From contig CM119371.1 of NCBI GenBank assembly GCA_051294905.1, positions 28,832,001 to 28,896,000 of the forward strand: a DNA stretch of 64,000 nucleotides, read 5' to 3'. Made by a program: the position numbers and the translations under genes. This DNA comes from Botryllus schlosseri (Eukaryota). The notes under the pieces were generated by a model, which was given only the letters and a program-made list of their open reading frames with translations, ran no database searches and had not been told where the DNA came from. Shown piece after piece: positions 40,331-51,799 of this stretch. The first letter of the stretch is position 1. Every line of letters begins with the position of its first letter.

Positions 40331-41333
40331 TTTAGGCCGTTTGGACATGACTTAACGTTGCACAATTACGCTCCTTGCATTTTCGAAGTCATCATCCTCC
40401 ACCAGCTCTACCGCTAACTCTGACCATTTGGGCAGAGAGGGGATCAAATAATATAGTAATATCTGGAAGAACCAATTATACACTGGGCAATAATTTTGAA
40501 CGAAAAATTTGTTGACAATGATTTGGCACTTGATTTAGGCTAATTTTGGGGTGCTGATTCCAAAAATGCCACTGGTTTTCTTCTAACACGTCAACTTTTT
40601 TCTCTACGACATCCGCCCAAAATATGCAAATTTTCACGAATTTAGCCATGTTACTTTTCCATATCATCTAAACATCCACACTTTTACCATATAATAAGTT
40701 AGTAAGTCAAGGGCTCGATTGAATTATGTAGGGAAAAGGTACTGGTATCGATCTGGGCCGATGTTTTCACGCATTATTGGTAAGAGGATGCAATTATCCG
40801 AGGATATTTCACACACATATTTGATTCAAACTGCAGGATATGGCAAGAAAATTAAACTTGGCATTTACTATCAGCTAAAGATCCAATGTCACTTTCAGCT
40901 TATCCAGTGTAACCTGAAACTCCTGTACGCTCGATAATTTTGATCAAGATGAAGATCTTAGGGATAGCAGGCCAAATGATGAAGATTTTGAAATCGAAGC
41001 TGATTCAGAAAGTAGAGTAGTCCATCAACACGAGTTATTGATCTGACATAAGCTTTGGAACTTGGAATAGACATCTTCGGAGCTTTTAACATCCGCACGA
41101 AGGGAGAAAAGATTACTTGGCAAGGTAGAGAAGGTATCTCACTTCCGATCAGGAGAAACAGCCTTTTCTTCGTAGGCCTACTATCGGTAGCTTTGTTTAT
41201 TATTGTTATACTGGCATTGGCATGATGTCATAACCAGAACATTTCCACGGTTTAGCACGGCTGATGTCTCCACCATCACGATGACAAATTCCTGGTATCG
41301 TGTCGATAATGTACATTGTAATTTAAACCGTAG

Positions 41334-44300
41334 ATCTTATGCCGGAGCAAGAATTCAGGCATCTTTTTCGGAAAGTTGCAAGTGAGGAAGAGAACGCAAA
41401 ATCGCGTGTTTGGCAGAACTGATAACGCTATGGTAATTAAGAGCTGAACAGTGCACACGGCTGTAAAAGTTAGTACGCGATCATTTTAATGTTTGTCCTG
41501 TCGACCCCAAGGCCAGCCCAGCCGACGCGTGACCGTTTTCGGGGGGATCCATGCGGTTTCTCATATAGGAACAGGTTACATTTACGACAAATTATAAGTA
41601 TCACTAATCTAATCGGAGTACTATGTGCAACAGAAAAGACACATTTCATTTGGTCGATAAATTGATTGCCCCGAAAGAGTTGATATTGATAGTTCGGCTC
41701 GTAGATTGACAGGTAGATTTGTTGGTTAGAAAACATGATATTGCATAACAACTACATGCCCCAATGTGCGTAGGTATTAGGTACCGATTTCTGGTGGCAC
41801 ACACTTTGTACGACGGCGATAGCACACAATAAATATAGTATGATAATGATATTGTGTGGCTCATTTTCAGTTTCTGCGGTGTGCTAGAGTAGTGTTTATT
41901 AAACTTATGGATATTATTGAATGGGCGATATGCTACAAAGAGCGTAGGTACCGGTTTCCGGTGGAACGCGCTTTGTACTACGGCGATAGCTCACAATAAA
42001 TAGGATGATATTGTGTGGCCCATTTTCAATTTCTGCGGTATTAGTGTAACATTCTTTCATGTCTAAATTTGCGGAAGATTCCCGCCGTGGAACATTCTGT
42101 AGGATTGAATGACTGCAGCTGGTTTACTGCTGACCAACCGTCACGATGTGATTCCATTGACATGAGATAATCGCCGAAAACAACCTTGTTTCGAGATGAC
42201 GAGAAGTGGGTGTGCGGTATACTGAAGGAGGCTTTGGCTATGTGTTAAGGCAGGGGTGGGCAAACTACGGCCCGCGGGCCGCATGCGGCCCGCAACACCG
42301 ATCTGTGCGGCCCGCGAGAGTCTAAAAAAACTTTAAAAAAATATTGATAAAATGCGTACTAGAAATCGAATTAATGCAGGGACTTGATTAACTATTTCTT
42401 AGTATATTTCACCATGATAATTCTAAGACAGTGGTTCTCAAACTGGTGGGCAGACCCCCCTTGGGGGCGTGAAAGCATCTGAAGGGGGCGCGAAGCTGAG
42501 CGCAATTGAAAAAAAATTTCGCGCCCCGCGCGATTTACATCCAATTCAAAGTTATTGCTCTGTATTTAGTCTGAATTACATATTCAAAAATCCCTCATCT
42601 ACAGTCGTAACCTTCCATGCCATCAAACTACCCGTTAGGTTGGCTAGCATCCTGGTTGCGTTTTGTGATATGACGATAAGGGGGCGCGAAATCATTCACC
42701 GTCATAAGGGGGGGGGGGGGATGCGTGTCTTAAAAAGTTTGAGAATCACTGATCTAAGGTAAATACTCAATATCACAGCAGGGTAGCTGCAACGAGATTG
42801 ACATAATTTGGATCACGATTGGGATTTCCGATTGGACACTCTATTTTTAATTATTTCAGTGTTGTTTTTATAAAAAACGATTCGGGCGTGTCTTGGGTAG
42901 CTTCGTTTGTATGCGTAGGATTGGGTATTTATATTTTATCTACACATAGTAGAAGCCTGTTTGAAGCTAACCTGGTTATGATGCTGTCAGCATTGTGAGT
43001 CCTGGAACTGAACCAAAAGTGGAATTAGTAAATCTATGAACAGATCGCTGCTCACAGATTTAAATTTCAATCCTGTTCTAAGAATCGGGCCAACCGACTT
43101 TCATCTCTATAGTTTTGACAAATTGGTTATTTAGGTTCGCCAGCCTATGAAATCTCGCGACTATATGTTTCTGACGCGTGTACGATATCATCAAAGCAAT
43201 GTTTGACTTGTTTTAAATAAGCACTTGCGTATATCATCTCCATGTCCTCATTATATAATCAAATATCAATATCGCGTTTTCGTTTATAATCCCAATTTTA
43301 TATGGTGCGGCCCGCGAATGAATTCAGATGTTGAATGCGGCCCGCGAGCTCAAAAGTTTGCCCACCCCTGTGTTAAGGTGATTCTAGGTGATTCTGGGCG
43401 TATGGGACTTGACTAACTTGAATAAACAACTAACTGCTCTGTGAATGCAGAACTGCTTATCCACTGAATTGATGAATCTTGCCCTCAATTCGAGGCGCTG
43501 CAAGCAATGAACGAGAATCAGCTTCGGAAGCTGCGAGGTTGATGATATAGACCAGCTACGCAACGAGTTTACGAGCACCGATGAAATTTAACGATTGATA
43601 CCGTATTATTGAATGACTGCAGCTTTTTTTTCGTTTACCAACCGTCAAAATGTGGTTCCATTGACAGGAGATAATCGCCGAAAACACAACCTCGTTTCGA
43701 GATGACGAGAAGTGGGTGTGCGGTATACTGAAGGTAGCTTTGGCTATGTGTCAAGGTGACTGAATTGATGAATCTTGCCTTCAAGTCGAGGCGCTGCAAG
43801 CAAAGAACGAGAATCAAGCTTCGGAAGCTGCAGAGGTAGATGATCTAGACCAGCTACGCAACGAGTTTTGGTGCACCGAGGTAATTTAACGATTGATACC
43901 GTATTGGAATAATATGTTTCATGCGTCACATGCTCTTTGTATAATCAAATCTAGTGATATAGGCTATCTCAGGGATGCCACTGGGATATTTCGAAACAAC
44001 CCAGATGCGATGTGGAGGCCAAATGAACCCAGAATAACTCAGATCCTCTATTTCACTCAACCAGTCATCCTACGGCCATACGTAGTCATACATATTCATA
44101 AGAGTCTTTGATATTGAATTTCCTGAATTTCCAACAGTCGTACTATATATATACCAATTCCAACAGTCTTTTTAGATATATATACACTTTGCTCGGTAAC
44201 AAATATGTGTTTTTCCTCAACATCCGGTGGTTTCTATATAAATCTGTTCGTTTATGTTTCATGAATTCTGTCAAAATTATGTTGGTTCATCCTCAATAAT

Positions 44301-45113
44301 GTTGCATATTACTCTTTCCTCCCACACGGAGTTAGCGGTAGAGCTGGTTGAAGACTTCGAGAATGCACGGAACGTAATTGTACTATACATTGAATAATTT
44401 TCATGTCACACTGATAAAATTATTCACCAGCCTGATATGCCGGCGAGCATCACTGCGCTATATAAACACCGACGCATCCGATGGTTTCCAACCTTTTCTT
44501 CTAGTTGCGACTCATTTTCAATTAGTAAATGTTCCGTGGCTCAGCTCAAGATTTGATGGGCTGAATATTGTAAGAAGGTCAGCACCTTTGCCCAGACTTA
44601 CTCGCGGCCTATTTCGGAAGCTGATTACGTTCAACATCTTCACGAGCCTTAAAATGGAGGCCAACGACCTTCAGCTTTGGAACCACTATCTTTGAATAAA
44701 GCATTCGAACTGCCGTAACCGACTCTATCGTAATATACTGCTCCTATTATGATTTCGATTACAATTGGACTTATTTCGGAAGTTGAAGTTATTGTTTATT
44801 CCTGAATGCAATTTACGCGAGGGCGGTAGTCCCACACATTAAAAGCAATATACGTGATTCTGAATCGCGGGAGAAAAATTTCGTGTATAACAATTCTACC
44901 CCGAAATGATGTTGTTCACGTGGATTTACGAAAACATTACGAGCCTACTTCCAGCCTTTAAAATCCGGACATTTAGGCGAATTCCGGACATGTCCGGGAA
45001 ATTCCGGACGTATGGCAGCCCTGATTGAAGATGAAGTGCATCGACCGATAACGGAGGGTCATACTTCAGACGCTGCGCACGAAGAGGTGAGCAATGAGAA
45101 TACGAGCGACATG
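41334..45113 (+). pseudogene. Inverted, rearranged third copy of the same gene family
   Basis: Exon homologs: 41334-41421 (1-nt deletion, donor GT>AT), 42164-42249 (acceptor CAG>CAT, MITE inserted at the donor), ~43490-43583 (acceptor lost), a duplicated intact pair 43668-43755 and 43786-43880, and 45031-45113 (xEVHRPITEGHTSDAAHEEVSNENTSDM). The exon expected between the last two is missing, which breaks phase. Confidence 0.8.
42251..43370 (+). mobile_element. hAT MITE with a nested MITE at 42429-42751
   Basis: TIR CAGGGGTGGGCAAAC/GTTTGCCCACCCCTG; TSD TGTTAAGG overlapping an exon donor site of the pseudogene. Confidence 0.93.
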
Positions 45114-45180
45114 GTAATCTGACGATTGATAACTTTTTTAGAAAACATGTTGGATCAATTGAGTCACGGGTAATCCGAGC

Positions 45181-45575
45181 GACAAAGCCAAAAAGTGAAA
45201 AAATAGGATGTCACCCGATAGCCCGTCAAATTTTCAATCCTAGTCTCCCATCGTGAAACCTCTTCGCGTATGACCAATCGTCCAGCTGGAGCAGCCACTC
45301 ATGCTACGAAGACTGCAAGACAACCAACACGCTCTGCTAAACACTCTCAAATCCGGATCATTTTGACAGCGAACTGGGCTGCCCCACATGCATGCAGCTA
45401 TGTGTGCCGGAGATGCAGAGACAAAGCCAAAAAGTGGAAAAATAGGATGTCACTCGATAGCCCGTCAAATTTTCAATCGAAGTCTCCCATCGTGAAACCT
45501 CTTCGCGTATGACCAATCGTCAAGCTGGAGCAGCCACTCATGCTACTGGAAGACAACCAACACGCTCTGCTAAAC
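45181..45575. repeat. Tandem duplication, period ~240 bp
   Basis: GACAAAGCCAAAAAGTG..AAAATAGGATGTCAC... at 45181 and 45420; partial third copy at ~45910-45960. Confidence 0.85.
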
Positions 45576-48230
45576 CCAGTGGTATGTCACTTGACAACGC
45601 TGTTAGACCGCGGTACATTTCTCCGATACCTCGGATGTCACTCGATAGTAGGGCTGGGCAAAACCGAGTACCTGAGTGATTCGATTCTGAATCACGTAAA
45701 ACGCTTCGAGTCGAGTATTCGAGTATCACTCATTATGACGTCACAACAGAATATAATATGTTTAAGTTGAAAAATGTACCTTTTATCCCACCACAAAGAA
45801 TATATTGTCTGTTATCCGTCACATTAAAGATACGTTGGTATTTTTTCGACTATACCGATTTCATTGCTCTTGTTGACAATGTTGTGGGATGATGTTGGAC
45901 ATGTGGCTACCCCACATGCATGCCGCTATGTGTGCCGGAGATGCAGAGACAAAGCCAAACAGTATGACGCTGCAGGCACCCCTTCGGTGACGTTGATGGG
46001 CGCATGTTTTGACGACAGTCTCGTATATTTCTCTGTTGCTGTATATCGTTTAAGATTTTTTGTGAACCTGTTTCAGACTTCGCTTTTTCATGTTATTTTA
46101 GACTTCGCATTTTTGCTTTCAGTTTATTTCAGACTTCGCAGTTTCAGGTAGACTTCTGTTTATTAGTGAACTTCTGTGCATTTTTAGACATTTTCTTTCC
46201 ATGAACTTCTTGGAGGCGCAGACCTTGAATAGTATATTCTCATTTAAATGAACCCGAATCACAATGTTCTTTCCCATTCTCTACTAGTTGCTGACGATTA
46301 TCCCTGACGAAAGTATTTCGGCTCATTTTAATACAAATCTACTTCCCTTCTTTGTTATTCTGCCGTTACGTAGATGCACATATTTGATTCAGAATTGCAA
46401 GTCCCCTTTGTTTACTAATGGTATTCATCAAGTGTTAGTGGAGAAACTTGCAGCAACTATCATTAACTGGAGGGGCGATTTTTTTAGGGGCCTCAACCCT
46501 CAACTACTCCGAGTCTGTGTCGGAATTTTCACCGAATTGTGTCGATGATTATTGCTATTGTGATTGAATACAGTGATATTGAAACTGTGTTGATGCTCTG
46601 GTGTGAATGCAAGGTAGTGGTGGTGATATATCATCGTTCTTCTGGCATGGTGCAGATTAAGATTTACAATGAAGGGTTCACGGAGCGGTTAGTTCTTCAG
46701 ATATTTTTGCTTTGTGATGATAAGAGAAAGCTTGCGTGTATATCAGAAACACAACGTGGCGTTTAGTCATAAGAGCCTTTGATACTGAATTTTCAACAGT
46801 CATACTATACATTTTGCTCGCTGAACAACGGATGCTAGCTGAACAATGGTATGAGATAGAATACAGACACAAGCGTCAACAAGATGCAGATAGATATGTA
46901 GACAGGTAGCAAGTTCTCACAATCCCCCAACAGGAGTTGACGCCAGGCGTAATGTAAGGTCGGATAGAGTTAACAAAGCAATAGCGAACACGCGAACACA
47001 AAGACGACAGCGGCCTAGTAAAAAGAAATTGGAAGACGCAAACGCTTCGCCGAGACGGCGTAAAAAGAATCGACCTGTCTCACACACACGTCCTGTCCTG
47101 AACACGGCAAACAACGTATGAACGACCAACCCGTACCAGCGCGCATACAATAATCTCTCGTCGCGCGTCATCGAAGCGAAGGATGCGTGAAGTGTGAACG
47201 CGATTCTCTCTCATTAACGAAATAGCAATTACGCAAGCTTGTGTCTGAGCAATGAGCACCAGCTTCCCAATAACATACCAATTTCCCGAGTACCTCGCCG
47301 ACACAAGGTTTTCATAGTGTCCACTAGGGCTGTTCAAATTTGAAATATTTTCAGGAAACGTCGTTTGCGTAAGTTCAAATGATGGTTTAGTACAGGGGTG
47401 GCCAACCTTTTTACTATTCACGGCCGCATTGCGATTGCTTATGTAGCCTACGGCCGCATTCTAGGGCATAGACATAGTCGCGATCAGCCAACCGGACACC
47501 TAATACCCATGTTAAACTGTCCGTGTCCATTTCCGGTGAATTCCGTATTAATCTACGTTTTCGTATCGTCTTACTATACGCATCCAAATCGCTAGTGGTG
47601 ATGTAACGAATAGTTTACTGGGTTCGCGCGAATATATTTTCAGATTCGCGTATGGAATTTGTCATTAATATTAGTAGTTTCGCATATTACTATCAAATAT
47701 TTACCCTGTCTCAGCCCATGTGAACAGAATCACCGATAGACTTGATGGAGGGAGCGTTTTCGAAAATTTAGGGCTAGTTAATACAAGTGATGATGCATAT
47801 TCGGTAGGTCAATTGTTATAAGTCACCCTGTTGCATGATGTTATTTCTTGACCTCCCATCAGGATTGTCGGTGTAGTTGTAATATTTTGGAATCTCCCAA
47901 ACGTGCAAGAAACAAATTTCTTTCGTGAGGAGCACACGATTCCAAGTTGGTATATCTATAAGGGGTGAATTATTTTCCTCCGCTGTTCGCATCCGTGTAG
48001 TCAGGGGCTCAGTTTGCAAAGGGCGCTACTACATTAAAATAAAAAAAGTGAAGTCGCATTGAATTGCGCCTAGCGCGAAGAAAAATTCAAGATCGGTTCA
48101 ATCTCTCATAGCTTTAAAATCAATCTCCTAAAAATCGGGAGTCAAATCGTAAATTCAATTTTCATGTTGACGGCCGCCAACACATACTAATTGAATTAGG
48201 TGTCCAGGGCAGCACAATTATCCTTCTGCG

Positions 48231-49400
48231 TAGCGTTGGGACCCCGGGATCCCGGGATTTGAAGCAATCCCGATCCCGGGATTAACCCCAATGAAATCCC
48301 GGGATTTGTGAACAGCATCTACCAAGGCTTACGTAGCGTCATGTGTCATTTTTTGGTAATAATGCAGTGTCAAAAACTAGACAGGTTGTCTAAAACGTTG
48401 TTTCTTAACCTTACGTCCGTGCAGCGCCCCTTCTCGAAAATGGCCTACGTCTGGCGCCCCCACCCATATTTTAAGGATATTTCGCCAACAAATTACGAAA
48501 CCGTCTAAGCGATAATATACTCTTGATCAGTGGTTCATAACCAATTTGAATGTCGGAGCCGCATTAGAACACCCGATTAGACTATATACTGATAACGAAA
48601 ATTCTAAAGGTAGCTAATAACCTAACTCTAAATCCCACCATCTAGCACACTCAAAAGCATGCACATGCACATAGACTTCTACAGATTGTATATCTGTTAT
48701 TTTAGCATTGGTAGACGCAGATTGGCAAGTGCTATGCATTAAAATAAATTGAAAATGCATATCATTACTTGGCATACTATTTTGTTGTTATGTGATAACT
48801 CTTCATAGATTCAAGCACTTGATACACAAGTTTGCGGAGGATTATTCTATGAAAAATATTGACTTTTGCAATTTGTATTTGACTAAGCGCCGTTATTTTA
48901 ATGATAGTGAAATTGTGTCGAAATTCACTCTTCAAAAAGACGATATATAAAGGTCTACGAGAAGTAGAACTCAGGATATGTCGTTGTCTGACGGGTATTC
49001 CTCCGTGCGTTTGACGCTAGTCTGCAAGAATTCTGTTTCTCTGTTTTCAGAAGCGGCCTTGGACGGCTTTAGAGATATCTAATATTCCTCATTTCAGCAT
49101 TCATATACAAAAATTGCCTATAACTATTTACAAAAACAAACAACAACTGTCGTCCATTATATTTTCGTGGCATATTTAGAGGTCACTCAGAGCCGCAAGA
49201 AGGCTACCTTGGAGCCGCGGTTCAGATTCACTGCTCTTGATGCTCTCATGTTTTGAGTCAATAATACAAGGAATAGATGTTGTTTATGTAGCTTGTATTA
49301 TGTGTATTTTACTATTTTGCTAATCCCGGGATTGAGAAGCGAAAATCCCGGGAAATCCCGATCCCGAGATTTCAAATTCGATTCCGAAGTCGTGACCCTA
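48231..49400 (+). mobile_element. hAT-like MITE (CCCGGGAT repeats) with nested fragments
   Basis: Clusters of ATCCCGGGAT at both ends; ...ACCCTA terminus; near-TSD TCTGCG. Confidence 0.7.
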
Positions 49401-49586
49401 CTCTGCGTCAAACATGTACAAACTAAACATTTAGTTAGTTGACGGTCAATGGTCATTGGTCAACTAACTAACGTTTTTGAGTAGTTCTAATTCTAGTTCT
49501 AGTTGCTGATTTCGAAAATTGAGTAGTTGTAGTTCTAGTCGTAGTTGTGGATTTTGAAAATAGAGTAGTTCTAGTTTTAGTTCTAG

Positions 49587-51215
49587 TTGCGAATTTTGAA
49601 AATTGGTTCGGATCTTGCAGCTTCAATACCAAACTCCTCCGATGACTTTCTCTCGTTCTTGAGTCCTGGCCCTCAGAAATCCATTTTTCTAGAGCCGACA
49701 AGTAAAGGAGAACTTGCGATCGTATTATCTGAAATGAAAAGTAACAAAGCAGTAGGACCCGATCTCATCCCAACGCACTTTCTGAAGCTAGTCTTTAATA
49801 TTATTGGTGATGTTATATGCATTTTCTTTAATGAGTCGATACTTCTGGGCATTTTCCCAGATGCACTGAAAACTACCAGAGTAATGCCAGTGTTTAAGAA
49901 AGGCTGTAAAAAGCAAATTTCTAACTACCGACCAATATCTGTTCTGCCAAATCTTGCCACGGTTTTTGAAAAACTGATTGACTGCCGACTCAAAAAATTT
50001 TTTGAATTGAATGCAGTACTGTCTCCGACTCAGCATGGATTCAGATCAAACCACAACACCAACCATGCAATACTATCAATTGTAACGGACTATTACAAAA
50101 CCATCAAGCAAAAAAAAAGTGGCTGCAGCATTTTTATCGACCTGCGCAAAGCTTTCGACACAGTTAACCACAGAATCTTAAGATACAAGCTAGAACACTA
50201 TGGAATCAGGGGTATTGCAGCAACTCTACTTGAAAGCTACCTGGCAAATTGCAAACAATTTGTTAAACTGGGGACATTAAGATCGACTACCAGAGATATA
50301 ACTTGTGGAGTCCCACAAGGCTCAGTCCTTGGACCGACTTTTTTCCTCATTTATATTAACGACATTGTTAATGCATCTTCATTCCGCACAACCCTATTTG
50401 CTGATGATACTCACCTCTTCATAACCTCCAACACTGTCAATGATTTGCATGCATCCGTGAATAGGGAACTCCCAAAAGTGTCGAGATGGCTGCAAGCAAA
50501 CAAACTAAGCTTGAATGCAGATAAGACCGAGATGCTCCTTTTAAATAATGCCAACCATAGTTTCACTGTGAACATCAATCATAAACAAATCTCCATATGT
50601 GACTCAGTAAAATATCTCGGTGTCACTATTGATGGTAAAATGTCTTGGAAGCAGCATATTGGATGCACAATATCAAAACTAGCTCGATGTGTGGGAATAA
50701 TGACCCGTCTGCAATCTTTGGTTTCCAGATCAATACTACGAACCATATATTTTTCTCTTTTCCACTCTCACCTGCAATATGGAATCGTAGTATGGGGAAG
50801 TGCATGCAAAACATTTCTGTGCAGAATTCGAACCCTGCAAAACCGTGCGATACGGCTGATCTCATCTGTACCTTTACGTACCAATCTATCGCCTTACTAC
50901 CGTAAGCATCGAATTTTGCGAGTTGATGAGCTATATCGCTTCGAAGTATCAAAAGTTGTTCACAAATATTTTTCCAATAGTCTGCCTCCTGTGTTTGATG
51001 ACTTTTTCATACCTGCTAAAAATGTCCATTCCCATTACACGAGATCCTCGTCAAAGGGAAATATCTACTTACCCCCACCCAATAGCAACTTAACTAACAG
51101 ATCTATCGACTACTCGGGACCTATCATTTGGAATGCATTACCACCACATATCCGTGAATTGCCTTATGATAGATTCAAAAAAGCCCTACTTGATCACCTC
51201 TTATCGTTAGACTAA
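49587..51215 (+). CDS. Reverse transcriptase ORF2 (5'-truncated) of a CR1/L2-group LINE
   Basis: 542-codon open frame: KAVGPD, NYRPISVL, QHGFR, FIDLRKAFDTVNH, GVPQGSVLGP, LFADDT, LNADKTE, KYLGV, WNALP. No APE domain. Confidence 0.93.
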   Translation: MRILKIGSDLAASIPNSSDDFLSFLSPGPQKSIFLEPTSKGELAIVLSEMKSNKAVGPDLIPTHFLKLVFNIIGDVICIFFNESILLGIFPDALKTTRVMPVFKKGCKKQISNYRPISVLPNLATVFEKLIDCRLKKFFELNAVLSPTQHGFRSNHNTNHAILSIVTDYYKTIKQKKSGCSIFIDLRKAFDTVNHRILRYKLEHYGIRGIAATLLESYLANCKQFVKLGTLRSTTRDITCGVPQGSVLGPTFFLIYINDIVNASSFRTTLFADDTHLFITSNTVNDLHASVNRELPKVSRWLQANKLSLNADKTEMLLLNNANHSFTVNINHKQISICDSVKYLGVTIDGKMSWKQHIGCTISKLARCVGIMTRLQSLVSRSILRTIYFSLFHSHLQYGIVVWGSACKTFLCRIRTLQNRAIRLISSVPLRTNLSPYYRKHRILRVDELYRFEVSKVVHKYFSNSLPPVFDDFFIPAKNVHSHYTRSSSKGNIYLPPPNSNLTNRSIDYSGPIIWNALPPHIRELPYDRFKKALLDHLLSLD

Positions 51216-51510
51216 CAATGTTGCCCTACCTCGCCCAGACATTGCTTCATTGATCATTTGCTACCATCGTTTAATTTTTCTTCTATTTTATTTTTTTAAC
51301 TACTGTAACTTTTTTTACAGCCAGACTGTTTAGAGTCAAATGTACCTGTTTGATGCTGGTGTGATAAGACTAGATGATCCTCACGGTCTTATCGATCATT
51401 CCTATCTAATACCGAATACTGTGCATCCATATTTTCTGTACCACCACCACTGCCGTGTGTTATGTATTTTGGTTTGATGAAAAATAAAGACTCTCTCTCT
51501 CTCTCTCTCT
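49590..51510 (+). mobile_element. 5'-truncated LINE (CR1/L2/Crack-like) with 3' UTR, AATAAA and (CT)n tail
   Basis: RT ORF, a ~270-bp 3' UTR, AATAAA at ~51483, then a (CT)n tail. CTAGTTGC occurs at both junctions (possible TSD). Confidence 0.85.
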
Positions 51511-51799
51511 AGTTGCCGAACAATTAGAAACACGTGTCGTGGTTTTAGGCGAATTAAGATGCCGGTATTCTGTTGAATGATGTTTGTGCATATGCAGCCA
51601 TTGCTCGCTCACAGCCACCACCGCTAACAGTGACATAGCCAGCGGGTGGCTGTTTGGGGTCGGAATCTCTCCCATTTCAAACTCGAAACTCCGTTCTTTT
51701 GCAATGTCGATTCAATATCTGATATTTCAGATAAAATAAAAATTCATGCGTTAACTAGGAGAATGAAATCCAGTTCTGCACGATTCATATCCTTTAATG

